NCBI GenBank assembly: GCA_963666275.2
Contig: CAXXOA010000001.1
Location: 384,001-448,000 of the forward strand
DNA from: Oceanispirochaeta sp.
Lineage (GTDB): Bacteria; Spirochaetota; Spirochaetia; DSM-2461
Length of the DNA stretch: 64,000 nucleotides
Direction of reading: 5' to 3'
Below the pieces are notes generated by a model. That model did no database searches, was not told where the DNA came from, and worked only from the letters and a program-made list of their open reading frames with translations. A program made the translations under genes and the position numbers. Below, in pieces: positions 9,720 through 18,921 of the stretch; within the stretch, counting starts at the first letter, position 1; every line of letters begins with the position of its first letter.

Positions 9720-10603
9720 AGGTAATGGCTATCCTCCTTCAAATGGATTTTAAGTTTTCCCTTTTCCTTCCCCCCGGGAAGGCTAAAGATTTTTTCCTCA
9801 TGGAAGGGATAGGGTACAAGCCGGCAGCCGAAGGAGTCGGCAAAGAGCAGAAAAGCCCTCTTCTGATCATGGAGAATGAGCCCGGTGGAACCATGAGTGT
9901 CTGTCCCTTTCAGGTTGCGGCAGTGGGGAGGTAGGAGAAATGGCCCGCCGTATCCGGCAAATCCGCCCAGCCGCCCCCCCGTATAGTCCCCCGGGATAGC
10001 CCAGGGATTCTCCCGGGCCGATTCCAATTGGCTGCGGCTATAGGGAAAAAGGGACGCCAACTGCCTATCCGAAAGCAGCTCACATCCATCCAGAGCTGGT
10101 ATGCGCAATTCGGCCATTCCCAAGGTCCAGGCGGCCAAACGGCCCAGGGCAAAGACCTCTTCCTTTCGTTCGCATACCTTAAGGAGGGCTGCCATTTTAT
10201 CGAGCCAGTCCCGCCGGGTCCGGGCATCGGGGAGAGAACGAATCCCGTTGTCCCAGGACGTAAGAAAGGGGCGTAATTCACCGGAAGTGAGGGCTCCCTT
10301 CCGGTTGATAAAAGGAACCAGGAGCAGCCAGCCTTTAAGATAATCCCCATTAAGCCTCATCTCTCCGCCCCGCACCAGAGAGGAGAGGGTCGTTTCAATT
10401 CCGTGGATCATCAGGTTGAGCAGATGGTCCGATTCTCCGAAGGCAGCATAGAGAGCGGTGAACAGAGGTGTCAGGTGTTTACCCAAATCGGCATCGGCCA
10501 AACGGGGATGGGAGAAAAGCAGCCCGTCCAGAACCGGCTGGATGTTCTCCTCTTCCCGGGCTAGAAAAGAGGCCAGACCCCTTTCTATTTCCACTGGAGC
10601 CAC
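9698..10603 (-). CDS. Hypothetical protein (MoxR operon)
   Basis: 301-aa ORF overlapping both neighbours, with a glycine-rich GGFAGYGGPF motif and LFADSFG. Confidence 0.72.
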   Translation of the reverse strand: MAPVEIERGLASFLAREEENIQPVLDGLLFSHPRLADADLGKHLTPLFTALYAAFGESDHLLNLMIHGIETTLSSLVRGGEMRLNGDYLKGWLLLVPFINRKGALTSGELRPFLTSWDNGIRSLPDARTRRDWLDKMAALLKVCERKEEVFALGRLAAWTLGMAELRIPALDGCELLSDRQLASLFPYSRSQLESARENPWAIPGDYTGGRLGGFAGYGGPFLLPPHCRNLKGTDTHGSTGLILHDQKRAFLLFADSFGCRLVPYPFHEEKIFSLPGGKEKGKLKIHLKEDSHYLWVEVIH

Positions 10604-12162
10604 CTCTTGTAGTTTGTATAGCGCTGGTGGAAGTACTTCAATTTGAGAATATCGTCGGCCATATGCCCGTACAGTTTCCCGCTTCGGCTCATTTCGCTGA
10701 GGATCTGCTCAATCTGGAACATTCTCTTCTCCACCTCCGAGATGGAGAGACCCTCCATCCCTTTCTCAAAGAGTTCCTCCATCCTGGCCACCGGGTCGTA
10801 TTCGTCCAGTTTCAGCCGGGCATACTCCTGGCAGGAGAGGTCGAAGCATTTTCGTATCCAGGTTATCCGGTCAACCCGGTATGGGGCGTTCTCCTCCTTC
10901 TCGAAGAAGGGCGATTCCAAATAGGGAGTAAGGGAGTCGTGCAGAACAAAGGGCAGAATCTGCCGGACATCTTCCAGTTCCACCTCATCCAGCCCTCTGA
11001 AGTAGGCCATGGCCTTGGCATAGAGCAGAAGGGTCATGAGCTTTCTTACGGAGAGGCCGTTTTTGGCCTGGCTTCCCAGATCACGGTTCATATCCTTGCC
11101 GCTTTCGAGTTCCATCAGTGATTGAAAGTCCAGGCCGGAAAGCTTGGCCGTGTCCTTTGTCATATAGTCCAGCTTCGTCGATGCCGGTTCGAAAAACTCA
11201 AACTGCCGGGCGAAAAATTCGATTTTACGGCGGAGCGGGGCGGGAATGGCAACGGCAAGGATCTCCTTATACAGGGTGTCCAGCTCCTCATCGGTAAAGA
11301 TTATCTCCCGGGGAATGTTCTTTTCCGGCTTGTACCCCGTTTCTATTCTCCTTTGGAGATCCTCTACGAAGCGGGTATTGAAGTGGAGAGCCTTTATAAC
11401 CACATCGATTCTGTCTTTGAGCGCCTCAATAACCTGATAGGTTCCGCCCCCGGCGTCATCGTTGGCGGTCAGGTACCAGGCTGCTTCGGGGCATTCGTAG
11501 ATCTGATCCATAATTTCCGCATAGTTATCCGCCAGAACTGTGAGCAGGGCCGATTGGGTTCTGGTGGGGATCCGGTTGTACTCATCAATGATCTTAACCC
11601 TCATTTCCAGCCATTTCCGCCAGGAGATCCGGATTTTGGTGGGATCTTCCGACTTCATGAGATCACCGGGGAAGGGGTGTCCCAGCAGGTCGGCTACAGT
11701 CATTTGGGGCTGACCATGCTGAATGGCTCGTTTCATATCTTTTAAATCGTAACCGGCCAGGAGTCCCATGAGAATGGACGTGGCTGTTTTTCCCCGGCCC
11801 GGACCGCCGACAATCAGACAGCGTTTGCGCACCGCCAGGGTCAAAAGGGGGATCAGGACAAAACTGGAGTAGCACTGGCCGGTGGGAAGATCAACCTGAA
11901 CCTTGGAGTCCCCGAAAAAGTAGGACTGGGGAGCCTTGTCGTTATACTCAATATCGTAGAAAGGGCTGATAATAGCCGTATTGGTAATCCAGAAATAGGC
12001 CTGGCGCAGTTTTTCATCCAGTCCCGGGGAGTCTTCAGATACGGAACTCTCAGGGGTGGGATCAAAGAGGTCCCTGATCCTGAAAGGGGATTTTTTTCCT
12101 CCCTTTTCTCCTGGATTGGTCGGTGCCGCCGGTATATGATAAGATGGGTTTTCCGGTTTCAT
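10585..12162 (-). CDS. MoxR-family AAA+ ATPase
   Basis: Walker A GGPGRGKT, Walker B IIDEYNR followed by TQSALL, sensor LTAN, and ALKDRI arginine finger. AGGAG RBS. Confidence 0.9.
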   Translation of the reverse strand: MKPENPSYHIPAAPTNPGEKGGKKSPFRIRDLFDPTPESSVSEDSPGLDEKLRQAYFWITNTAIISPFYDIEYNDKAPQSYFFGDSKVQVDLPTGQCYSSFVLIPLLTLAVRKRCLIVGGPGRGKTATSILMGLLAGYDLKDMKRAIQHGQPQMTVADLLGHPFPGDLMKSEDPTKIRISWRKWLEMRVKIIDEYNRIPTRTQSALLTVLADNYAEIMDQIYECPEAAWYLTANDDAGGGTYQVIEALKDRIDVVIKALHFNTRFVEDLQRRIETGYKPEKNIPREIIFTDEELDTLYKEILAVAIPAPLRRKIEFFARQFEFFEPASTKLDYMTKDTAKLSGLDFQSLMELESGKDMNRDLGSQAKNGLSVRKLMTLLLYAKAMAYFRGLDEVELEDVRQILPFVLHDSLTPYLESPFFEKEENAPYRVDRITWIRKCFDLSCQEYARLKLDEYDPVARMEELFEKGMEGLSISEVEKRMFQIEQILSEMSRSGKLYGHMADDILKLKYFHQRYTNYKRWLQWK

Positions 12163-12190
12163 GTTTCACTCCTGCCCTCAAATTGGGCAT

Positions 12191-12218
12191 ACTATAAATT
12201 AAATCTGATTATTTTCAA
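12191..12218 (-). promoter_or_regulatory. Candidate sigma70 promoter of the MoxR operon
   Basis: TTGAAA-16 nt-TATAGT on the minus strand, ~30 nt before the start codon. Confidence 0.35.
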
Positions 12219-12497
12219 ATATAGCTCATTAATAGCAGTGGATTTTTCTTCCAGTAGGGAATCGGATACTTGTTTATGTAAAATATTATAGAGGGTCAGA
12301 ATATATTGAGGAAATACCTTCTGCTCAAAGATATTGGGTCCAGACCCTTCCCTATAAAATCTTCAGTCAGAGCGATCAGGTTTAACTGCGCTGTTTCATC
12401 CAGGACTTCATGCAAGGCTCTCTCCACGATAAGATGGAGCAGGGACAGGGGTGAGGGTAAAAAAAAATTAGCTCTAAAACTTTCCAAATCAATTATG

Positions 12498-12521
12498 TTT
12501 TTATGGGTATAACCATAAAAA
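12498..12521. promoter_or_regulatory. Palindrome TTTTTATGG-N6-CCATAAAAA, possible operator
   Basis: Perfect 9-bp inverted repeat in AT-rich intergenic DNA upstream of the MoxR operon. Confidence 0.35.
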
Positions 12522-12761
12522 GTATTCTATATAACTTGGAAATTATGATTATAACCAGAAAAGACACACCCTCATTTCTATTCAGGAGAGCCCAACAGGG
12601 AGGGAATCCTTGGGAATAGAGTAGTCTTGTTAGACGATTTCCGGGGCTTTTCCATCTCAGAAACGAGCCTAATAATGTTCATCATCTGGGAGGATTGATA
12701 TCGTCCGGTTTATTAAATTTTACTGGGAGAACGGGAATTGTGAATCATCTTACAAATAGAA

Positions 12762-13079
12762 CTAGAATCCAGTAACCAAGAGATCAATAGCAGCAGTAAT
12801 TTGCAGTCTGAGATCTTTCAGATTACCGACTTTCGATCCAATCAGAGAAACAGGAACAGCAGCCATTTCAGACAGGAATATGATGAATTTTCTGTTTTGG
12901 ATAATGCAGGGAATATGGATACGGGTCAGCATTTGATCTGAATATTCATCAGCCACTCTTAATGGTGCTACAAGTCGTGTTGCCAGAATATCCATAGCGT
13001 CCGATTGCAGATTAATCAGATAGGGTACTTCTCCGGAACTTTTAGGATTTTTGTTCTTATAGATATCAAACTGAGGCAA
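12762..13079 (-). CDS. ccdB: CcdB-family gyrase-poison toxin
   Basis: MPQFDIYKNKN...PYLINLQSD...LATRLVAPL...ITAAIDLLVTGF. TTG start directly follows the ccdA stop. Confidence 0.9.
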   Translation of the reverse strand: MPQFDIYKNKNPKSSGEVPYLINLQSDAMDILATRLVAPLRVADEYSDQMLTRIHIPCIIQNRKFIIFLSEMAAVPVSLIGSKVGNLKDLRLQITAAIDLLVTGF

Positions 13080-13298
13080 TTAAAAGGTCCTCAAATCATC
13101 ACTGAATACACCAGTAGTATCAATGTGTTTGTTGTAGCTTTTAATACTGTCTTTGTTTTCTGCTACCCAGGATTCTTCAGCAGCCTTTTTTAATTCTTCC
13201 CTGAGAGCTTTTTCCAGAACTGAGGAAATAACAATTTTCTTTTTTCTGGCAGCATCCAGAAGGTCTTTATCAATACTAACGTTGGTTCTGGCTTTCAT
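13080..13298 (-). CDS. ccdA: CcdA-family antitoxin
   Basis: RHH-type KARTNVSIDKDLL and C-terminal WVAENKDSIKSYN...GVFSDDLRTF. ATG 13298 preferred over 13316. Confidence 0.9.
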   Translation of the reverse strand: MKARTNVSIDKDLLDAARKKKIVISSVLEKALREELKKAAEESWVAENKDSIKSYNKHIDTTGVFSDDLRTF

Positions 13299-13310
13299 GT
13301 GCATATTGTA

Positions 13311-13327
13311 ACACATGGATCATGTGT
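13311..13327. promoter_or_regulatory. Candidate ccdAB autoregulatory operator ACACATG-gat-CATGTGT
   Basis: Perfect 7-bp inverted repeat 12 nt upstream of the ccdA ATG. Confidence 0.5.
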
Positions 13328-13375
13328 AATGAAGTGTTTGGTAATAAATAGAAGAATTTTCCTACCTGTATGGAT

Positions 13376-14289
13376 TTAATTATTTTTGTCGATTTCTGCG
13401 TTGATCATAGCTTCAACAGGGCTGTCAGGTTCCGTATACTCCAGGACTGTCTTTCCGTCAGAATCAACAGCCAGGGGATCGGCCCCTGCCTGAAGGAGCA
13501 GTTCAACCACTTCTATATGATCGTTAGCTAACATCAAAGGGGGTTTACCTAAATTACTTCTTAGATCAGGAATGAATCCTTCCTTGAGTATCTGTTTGAC
13601 CCTTTCAAGATCTCCTTCCAACGCAGCTTTATGTAATTCTGACTCACCCCATCTATCGAGGATTATCCTTCTAAATCCCAGAGATTTTAATTCTTCCGCC
13701 AAATCAGGATCTGCATATCTGGCAGGAGGATATCCCTGGTTATCAGTGGCATTGCCGTCGGCGTCAAATTCCAGCAGCAGATCAATTATCTCTCTGCTCA
13801 TGTCGCTTCCGTTCTCATTCAAGGCATAGTGAAGAGCTGTCCATCCGTGGAAATCGCGAATATTCGGATCAACCCCCTTTTCCAGGAACAGTCTCAGATC
13901 CCCGGGCTCTGCTCCCGGGCCGCTTCATGTATGACTGTTTCTCCCTTGTAGTTGGGAAGGGAAAGAGCCGCACCTTCTTTCAGCAGGTACTCGGCTATCT
14001 GAACCGAATCATTTTCTATTGTACTGAAAAAGATGGGACTTCCGGGATCGTTTACTTCCGCTCCGGCATCAATAAGGAGTTTTACTATGGAAAGGTTTTC
14101 AACCCTGCAGGCAAAGTTAAGCAGATTATATTCGTAATCGTTAAGATCTACTCCCTGCTGAAGAAATAGCACAAGAGATTCCTGATTACCTTGACCTATG
14201 GCTCTCTGCAATAGCCATTTCCAGGAGTCAGATGATAACTCCTTTGTTTCCAGGATCTTTTCTATGGTATCGATTTCTCCTTTATCCAT
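13376..14289 (-). pseudogene. Frameshifted, 5'-truncated ankyrin-repeat gene
   Basis: The two ORFs join if one base is added near 13895-13903, giving ...HEAAREQSPG(I/D)LRLFLEKGVDPNIRDFHGWTALHYAL..., a complete ankyrin repeat. The 3-TM anchor is missing. Confidence 0.8.
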
Positions 14290-14350
14290 GGCTCGCGCTA
14301 TCCGGTTGGTAGGATGGCCTTTACTTTGAGTGTTTCTGTCTCCGCATAAA

Positions 14351-14668
14351 TCAATACCAGCCCAGATAAAAGGCTATCTGGTTTTCAGGGGTCATATACT
14401 TGGGGCCGCCCCGTTCCACACTGGCGTAGCCGCCGAAGATCCAGCCGTCGATTTCACTATTAAACCGGATTTTGATCCAGTGATCTTTCCGGCCATCTAT
14501 GACTTCGGTCTCTTCAGTCAGAGCAAGGGGTTCAAAGTTCATCTGAGGAGAGGCTTTTTTCGGGGAGCGGATCTGGTTAATGACAGAAGAGCCTGCATAA
14601 ACAGGGGAGTTGTTCGGTAGAGGAAGGATATAAATTGAAAAGCTTAACAGAAAGACAAGTCGTTTCAT
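14351..14668 (-). CDS. Small secreted SH3b-like protein, possibly a fragment
   Basis: Signal-like MKRLVFLLSFSIYIL, then EVIDGRKDHWIKIRF...GWIFGGY typical of bacterial SH3 domains. Confidence 0.55.
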   Translation of the reverse strand: MKRLVFLLSFSIYILPLPNNSPVYAGSSVINQIRSPKKASPQMNFEPLALTEETEVIDGRKDHWIKIRFNSEIDGWIFGGYASVERGGPKYMTPENQIAFYLGWY

Positions 14669-14826
14669 GGTATAGTCCCTGGATGAATGAGTGTTGACAG
14701 TACTATCATGAACATGTTCAATTTGAAAACTGTCATTTAATATTGGAGCCGGTAGCATTGCAAAAGAATATCAGTTTTGTCAGGACGATTCCCAGTTTGA
14801 AGAAATTTTATTTCAGGACGGTCCTA

Positions 14827-17800
14827 ATGCATTCACCACGATTTTTCAGAGTTCCTTTTCTTTCATTTTTCCTTTTCACATCTTTCCTGACTTTCCAATC
14901 CTGTTCCAGAGAGTTGGAAACTATAGAACCAGTCTCCCGGAGTGTAGCCTCTCTACCGGAAAACAGTGAAGTCATCTGCGCCGGTACCTGGCGGTCCGAT
15001 GAGGGCGAGGAAACTATTGCCGCACTGCTCAGGGAAAAAGGGACGGAGAAACTTTTCCTTTTCCCCAGCGGCAGGGAGGTCAATATAAGTGACTTTCAGG
15101 AAGCTGTTTTCGGGACTTCTCCGGGAGAGTTCCTCTGTTGGGGATACGGGGAAGACCAGACAATGGTTATTCAGAACTATGAGGGTGTAATAGAATCTAT
15201 TCCTCTGGATTACTACCAGGAAAGGGTTATTCTCTGCTCCAACGGGAAGGATTATGCCTATCTGGACTGGGCAAAAAATAACTTTTTCCTCTATAAAAAC
15301 GGAAAGCGAATTTATTCCAGTACGGTATATCCTCATGTCCTGTTTGACAGAAAGGGGCGCCTCTATTTCAGCTGTCATACAGATCATATTCCCCAGTCGG
15401 GAGAAAAACGGAATTTCAACGATCTGGTGTTGATGAATGAAGACAGGCAGATCCTGGTGCCGGCGGGTATCTACTCTACAGGTCAGGATAATCTGAAAGT
15501 CCGGTTCGACCCTTCCAACCGGCTGTTCATCGAATCTGTATTTACAATTGACTACGAAGAGTCTCTTGTTCTTCTCAGGCGGGCCGACTCCCACTATCCT
15601 GATGAGGTCGATGTCATGGCAGACCGGGAAGCTTACGGAGAATATCTGAAAAAGCACAGCCTCTTCTGTATCGATACGAAAACCGATGGTTCACCTGCCG
15701 AAGAAATCCAGCAGGAGTGTGTTATCTATAAACAGGGAGAAGAGTATGCCCGGGAACAGATTATTACGGAATATGATTTCAGTCCCCGGGGAGACTCCCT
15801 TACCTATGGGGCCTTTAATCTGAAGGAACCCGGTTTCTTTGACAAGTTCAGTAACACCAGCTATCGGGCGGCTGATGGCACCTACGGTCTGGATTACCAT
15901 CTGGACTTCACCATAAAAAGGGACGCGAAGACTCTTTTCCAGGCGGAACTGGTCAAAATCCGCTCTCTGGCCCGCATCCTTGGTTTGCCTGCGGATAGGG
16001 CAATCTTGGAAGCAACGAAGCCGGTTTTTTCCCGGGGCGAACTACAGGAGGACGGTCTTGTCTCCTCTCTCGAATTTGCCGGTGACAGCCGGGTGCTTAT
16101 GAATATCAATATGCCTGTCTCCGACTGGGATGATTACAAAAAAACAGAATTTGTCAGGGTCAGTCATAAATCCTTCTATTTTAAAACAAGTCATCAACTT
16201 TCCTTTAACAATACCCATATAGAGTCCCATTTTCAGATCAACCGGGATCCTATTGAGGGAATCAAGGGCTACCGGCTCCTGGACAGGGAAGAGGAGCTTC
16301 CTCCGGGAACCTTTATTCTCATCGGCCAGGATGAACGGGAGTACCCGATTATAGGGGGAAAAGTCAGCGCAACATCCTTTGATCGTATTCTGGGAGCCTC
16401 TTCCAATGGAAACGGCATGGTGGAGTTTACAGCCCTTGAGGGGAAAGAGCTCCGGTCTCTGACTTTTCATTCTCCCCTGAAAGAGACCCGGGAAGAAAGG
16501 AAAGAAGCTGCTCCCGATATAGAGGGTCTGACGATTAATGAGCGGGCAATGGATGATCAGGGGATTTATCTGGCTACAGATCAGGGAATGTTTATCTCCT
16601 TTGACGGGGGGAAGTCCTGGGAGCAGCATAACAGGAACACCGTTCTTCCTTCCCTGGATCAGGATAATATTTCAACTCTAATACTGAGCTCTGATGAAGG
16701 GTATCTTCTCTCTCAGGGTATCCTGTGGAAAAGGGTATCCAACGGCCGCTGGGAGCCTCTGAGTTTTCCCTTTGAGTCTCATGATATGATCAGTGATGGA
16801 ACGTCCCTCTATCTGAGCAGCCTGGGGGAAAATTTCATAGCCCCCCTTACAAATCCTCAGAATTATGTAACCACCTATTATTACAACAATGAAAAAGCCT
16901 CCCTCTTCGAGGGAGATCCTGTAACGGCGGATCTGGCGGATGCCCGTTTCTACAAAAATACAAAATGGGTCCTGGACAGAAAAAGCCAGGTCTATTATCA
17001 GGATGATAATATCTGGACGGGACTGGGATTTCACAGGAGTGGAGATGAACGGCAGGAGAATATTTTCAGTTTCGCCTTCGGAGAGGACTCCATTTTCCTC
17101 GGTACCTGGAAAGGCTTGTTCCGCTCCCGTAACGGAGGAACTTCCTGGGTGGGATATGATGTTTCCCGGGGGGTAAGCGGGAACTTTATACGGGAAATTG
17201 CTCTTCAGGATAACAGGGTTTTCGCTCTGACCGGAACCACCGTGGTCATTATGGAAGACGGGATACAATATTTCAAATTTGTTGGAGACGACTATGGTTA
17301 CCGCTGGTCTTTCCAGGGGGAAAATGCCGTATCCTATGAGCTGGGCGAAGAGCTTCCGGACTATGAAGTGCATGGAAACCGGGCCTACCGGGAAAAGGAC
17401 AACTACTGCGGTATCTCCTACTCCTACGACGGGGGAACCACCTGGGAGAATATTCATCTGGAAGAGATCGCCGAAAGAAAGGATAACTCCTATTGGGGGG
17501 CCCATATTGTCAGCGATGAAAACTGGCTCTACTTGAGTATCGGATCGGAAATCTATAAGACCGGACTGGATGAGATGAATTGGCAGAGAATGGACAGCCC
17601 CGGTGATGAGTCTGTCCGGGAGATGAAAATCATGGAAGGAAAGCTCTATATAAGAACCGAATCGAAGGACACCAGCCGGTATTTCTTTTTTCAGGACGGC
17701 TGGCAGCCCTTTGAACCGGAGAGTATCAGGAGTTTCCCTTTTATGGACTGCCAGTCAGTTGAGTCTGACGGGGAGTATATCTACGCCTATCCTCAGGAGG

Positions 17801-17850
17801 GGGAGCCCATGAAGTACTCCAAGTCGGAACGCCAGTGGTTTGATAAGTGA
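14827..17850 (+). CDS. Large lipoprotein with Asp-box (BNR) beta-propeller repeats
   Basis: Lipobox-like LTFQSC after ATG 14827. Asp-boxes SFDGGKSW, SRNGGTSW and SYDGGTTW. Confidence 0.8.
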   Translation: MHSPRFFRVPFLSFFLFTSFLTFQSCSRELETIEPVSRSVASLPENSEVICAGTWRSDEGEETIAALLREKGTEKLFLFPSGREVNISDFQEAVFGTSPGEFLCWGYGEDQTMVIQNYEGVIESIPLDYYQERVILCSNGKDYAYLDWAKNNFFLYKNGKRIYSSTVYPHVLFDRKGRLYFSCHTDHIPQSGEKRNFNDLVLMNEDRQILVPAGIYSTGQDNLKVRFDPSNRLFIESVFTIDYEESLVLLRRADSHYPDEVDVMADREAYGEYLKKHSLFCIDTKTDGSPAEEIQQECVIYKQGEEYAREQIITEYDFSPRGDSLTYGAFNLKEPGFFDKFSNTSYRAADGTYGLDYHLDFTIKRDAKTLFQAELVKIRSLARILGLPADRAILEATKPVFSRGELQEDGLVSSLEFAGDSRVLMNINMPVSDWDDYKKTEFVRVSHKSFYFKTSHQLSFNNTHIESHFQINRDPIEGIKGYRLLDREEELPPGTFILIGQDEREYPIIGGKVSATSFDRILGASSNGNGMVEFTALEGKELRSLTFHSPLKETREERKEAAPDIEGLTINERAMDDQGIYLATDQGMFISFDGGKSWEQHNRNTVLPSLDQDNISTLILSSDEGYLLSQGILWKRVSNGRWEPLSFPFESHDMISDGTSLYLSSLGENFIAPLTNPQNYVTTYYYNNEKASLFEGDPVTADLADARFYKNTKWVLDRKSQVYYQDDNIWTGLGFHRSGDERQENIFSFAFGEDSIFLGTWKGLFRSRNGGTSWVGYDVSRGVSGNFIREIALQDNRVFALTGTTVVIMEDGIQYFKFVGDDYGYRWSFQGENAVSYELGEELPDYEVHGNRAYREKDNYCGISYSYDGGTTWENIHLEEIAERKDNSYWGAHIVSDENWLYLSIGSEIYKTGLDEMNWQRMDSPGDESVREMKIMEGKLYIRTESKDTSRYFFFQDGWQPFEPESIRSFPFMDCQSVESDGEYIYAYPQEGEPMKYSKSERQWFDK

Positions 17851-17888
17851 TTGTCATTCAGACAGCAGCTACCGGTGCCAATCATGTA

Positions 17889-17917
17889 TTGCTGTTCTTT
17901 AAATAGTCGTTTATGCT
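17889..17917 (+). promoter_or_regulatory. sigma70-like promoter, copy 1
   Basis: TTGCTG-17 nt-TATGCT. The surrounding sequence is repeated at 18849-18883. Confidence 0.55.
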
Positions 17918-17960
17918 GTGGCTTCTCTATAATTCAACCCGCCTTTACCGGAGTGTACAC

Positions 17961-18779
17961 ATGAAAGAATCCCGGCCGTTTCCCTGGCCTTTACTGCTGC
18001 TGATCCAGATTGCCTATGTGATCTGGGTTTCTCTCAAAACCTATCATCTGGACAATAACCACGACAGCGATGCCGCCGCCTTCTACAGGATCAGTCTGCT
18101 GCTCCTGCTGGGAGCGGGATTTTTTGTCAGGTTTGACGGGGCCGAAAAGAAGTTCCGGAAATACTTTCTGATCATTCCCGCTGCTCTCTGGATCATCTTT
18201 TTTGCAGGCGGTGAGATCCGGGACTATACCCCTGTAGGCAAGGGGGTGGAAAAACTCAATGCAGCCTGCCGGGACAGCAGTTTTTCCAGAACCGTCCTGA
18301 GACTCCACAAAAAATATCACTACTCCCGGCATCAGCTGGAAGAGGCCATGGGGAAGGCTGTCTATTATGACAATCCGGAGATTGCCCGGGCCCTTCTCAG
18401 CCTGGAAGTGCCCCTGGATTATCCCACCCGGGAATTTGATCCGGATAACTTCCGCACCTGGCCATGGATGCACCAGGCCGCTATTTCGGAATCTATGGAT
18501 GTGATGGATCTGCTTCTGGAGTCGGGTGTTCCCATAGATATCACCGATGCCCGGGGCAGGACCCCCCTGATGTTAGCGGCCTTTCAGATCAAACCCCTGT
18601 CGATGAAGTATCTGCTGGATCACGGGGCAGATATGAGCGCCCGGGATGAGCAGGGACTAGATGCGGCTCAGGTTTTTCTCTCAAGCAATCTGTCTGTATC
18701 GGGCGATAAAAAGAGGGCCCTGCAGGATCTCCTGGCTGACGCAGGGGCGGATTTTTCTTGTGCAGACAGGGGAGAATAA
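17961..18779 (+). CDS. 3-TM-anchored ankyrin-repeat protein (short paralog)
   Basis: CCGGAG RBS, MKESRPFPWPLLLLIQIAYVIW anchor, and GRTPLMLAAF ankyrin repeat. Confidence 0.88.
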   Translation: MKESRPFPWPLLLLIQIAYVIWVSLKTYHLDNNHDSDAAAFYRISLLLLLGAGFFVRFDGAEKKFRKYFLIIPAALWIIFFAGGEIRDYTPVGKGVEKLNAACRDSSFSRTVLRLHKKYHYSRHQLEEAMGKAVYYDNPEIARALLSLEVPLDYPTREFDPDNFRTWPWMHQAAISESMDVMDLLLESGVPIDITDARGRTPLMLAAFQIKPLSMKYLLDHGADMSARDEQGLDAAQVFLSSNLSVSGDKKRALQDLLADAGADFSCADRGE

Positions 18780-18852
18780 TAGGCAGGTGAAAGGTATTTT
18801 CTGACGCTGCGATAACAGCCCGTTCTTAAGAAATCCGGGGATTAATAGTGTA

Positions 18853-18881
18853 TTGCTGTTCTATAAGTGAACGTGTATATT
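18853..18881 (+). promoter_or_regulatory. sigma70-like promoter, copy 2
   Basis: TTGCTG-17 nt-TATATT, homologous to 17889-17917. Confidence 0.55.
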
Positions 18882-18921
18882 GTTATAGATTCCTGAATCT
18901 CAGTTAGACCGGAGTTTCCCC

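Noticed and set aside
12296..12512. Short ORFs in the AT-rich gap
   Set aside because: No RBS or recognisable domain. They may be gene remnants, but I cannot support that.
14743..14826. ORF-track TTG start of the propeller protein (similarly 17913, 35000, 46059, 46534)
   Set aside because: Downstream ATGs fit the signal or anchor sequences and, in most cases, the RBS better.
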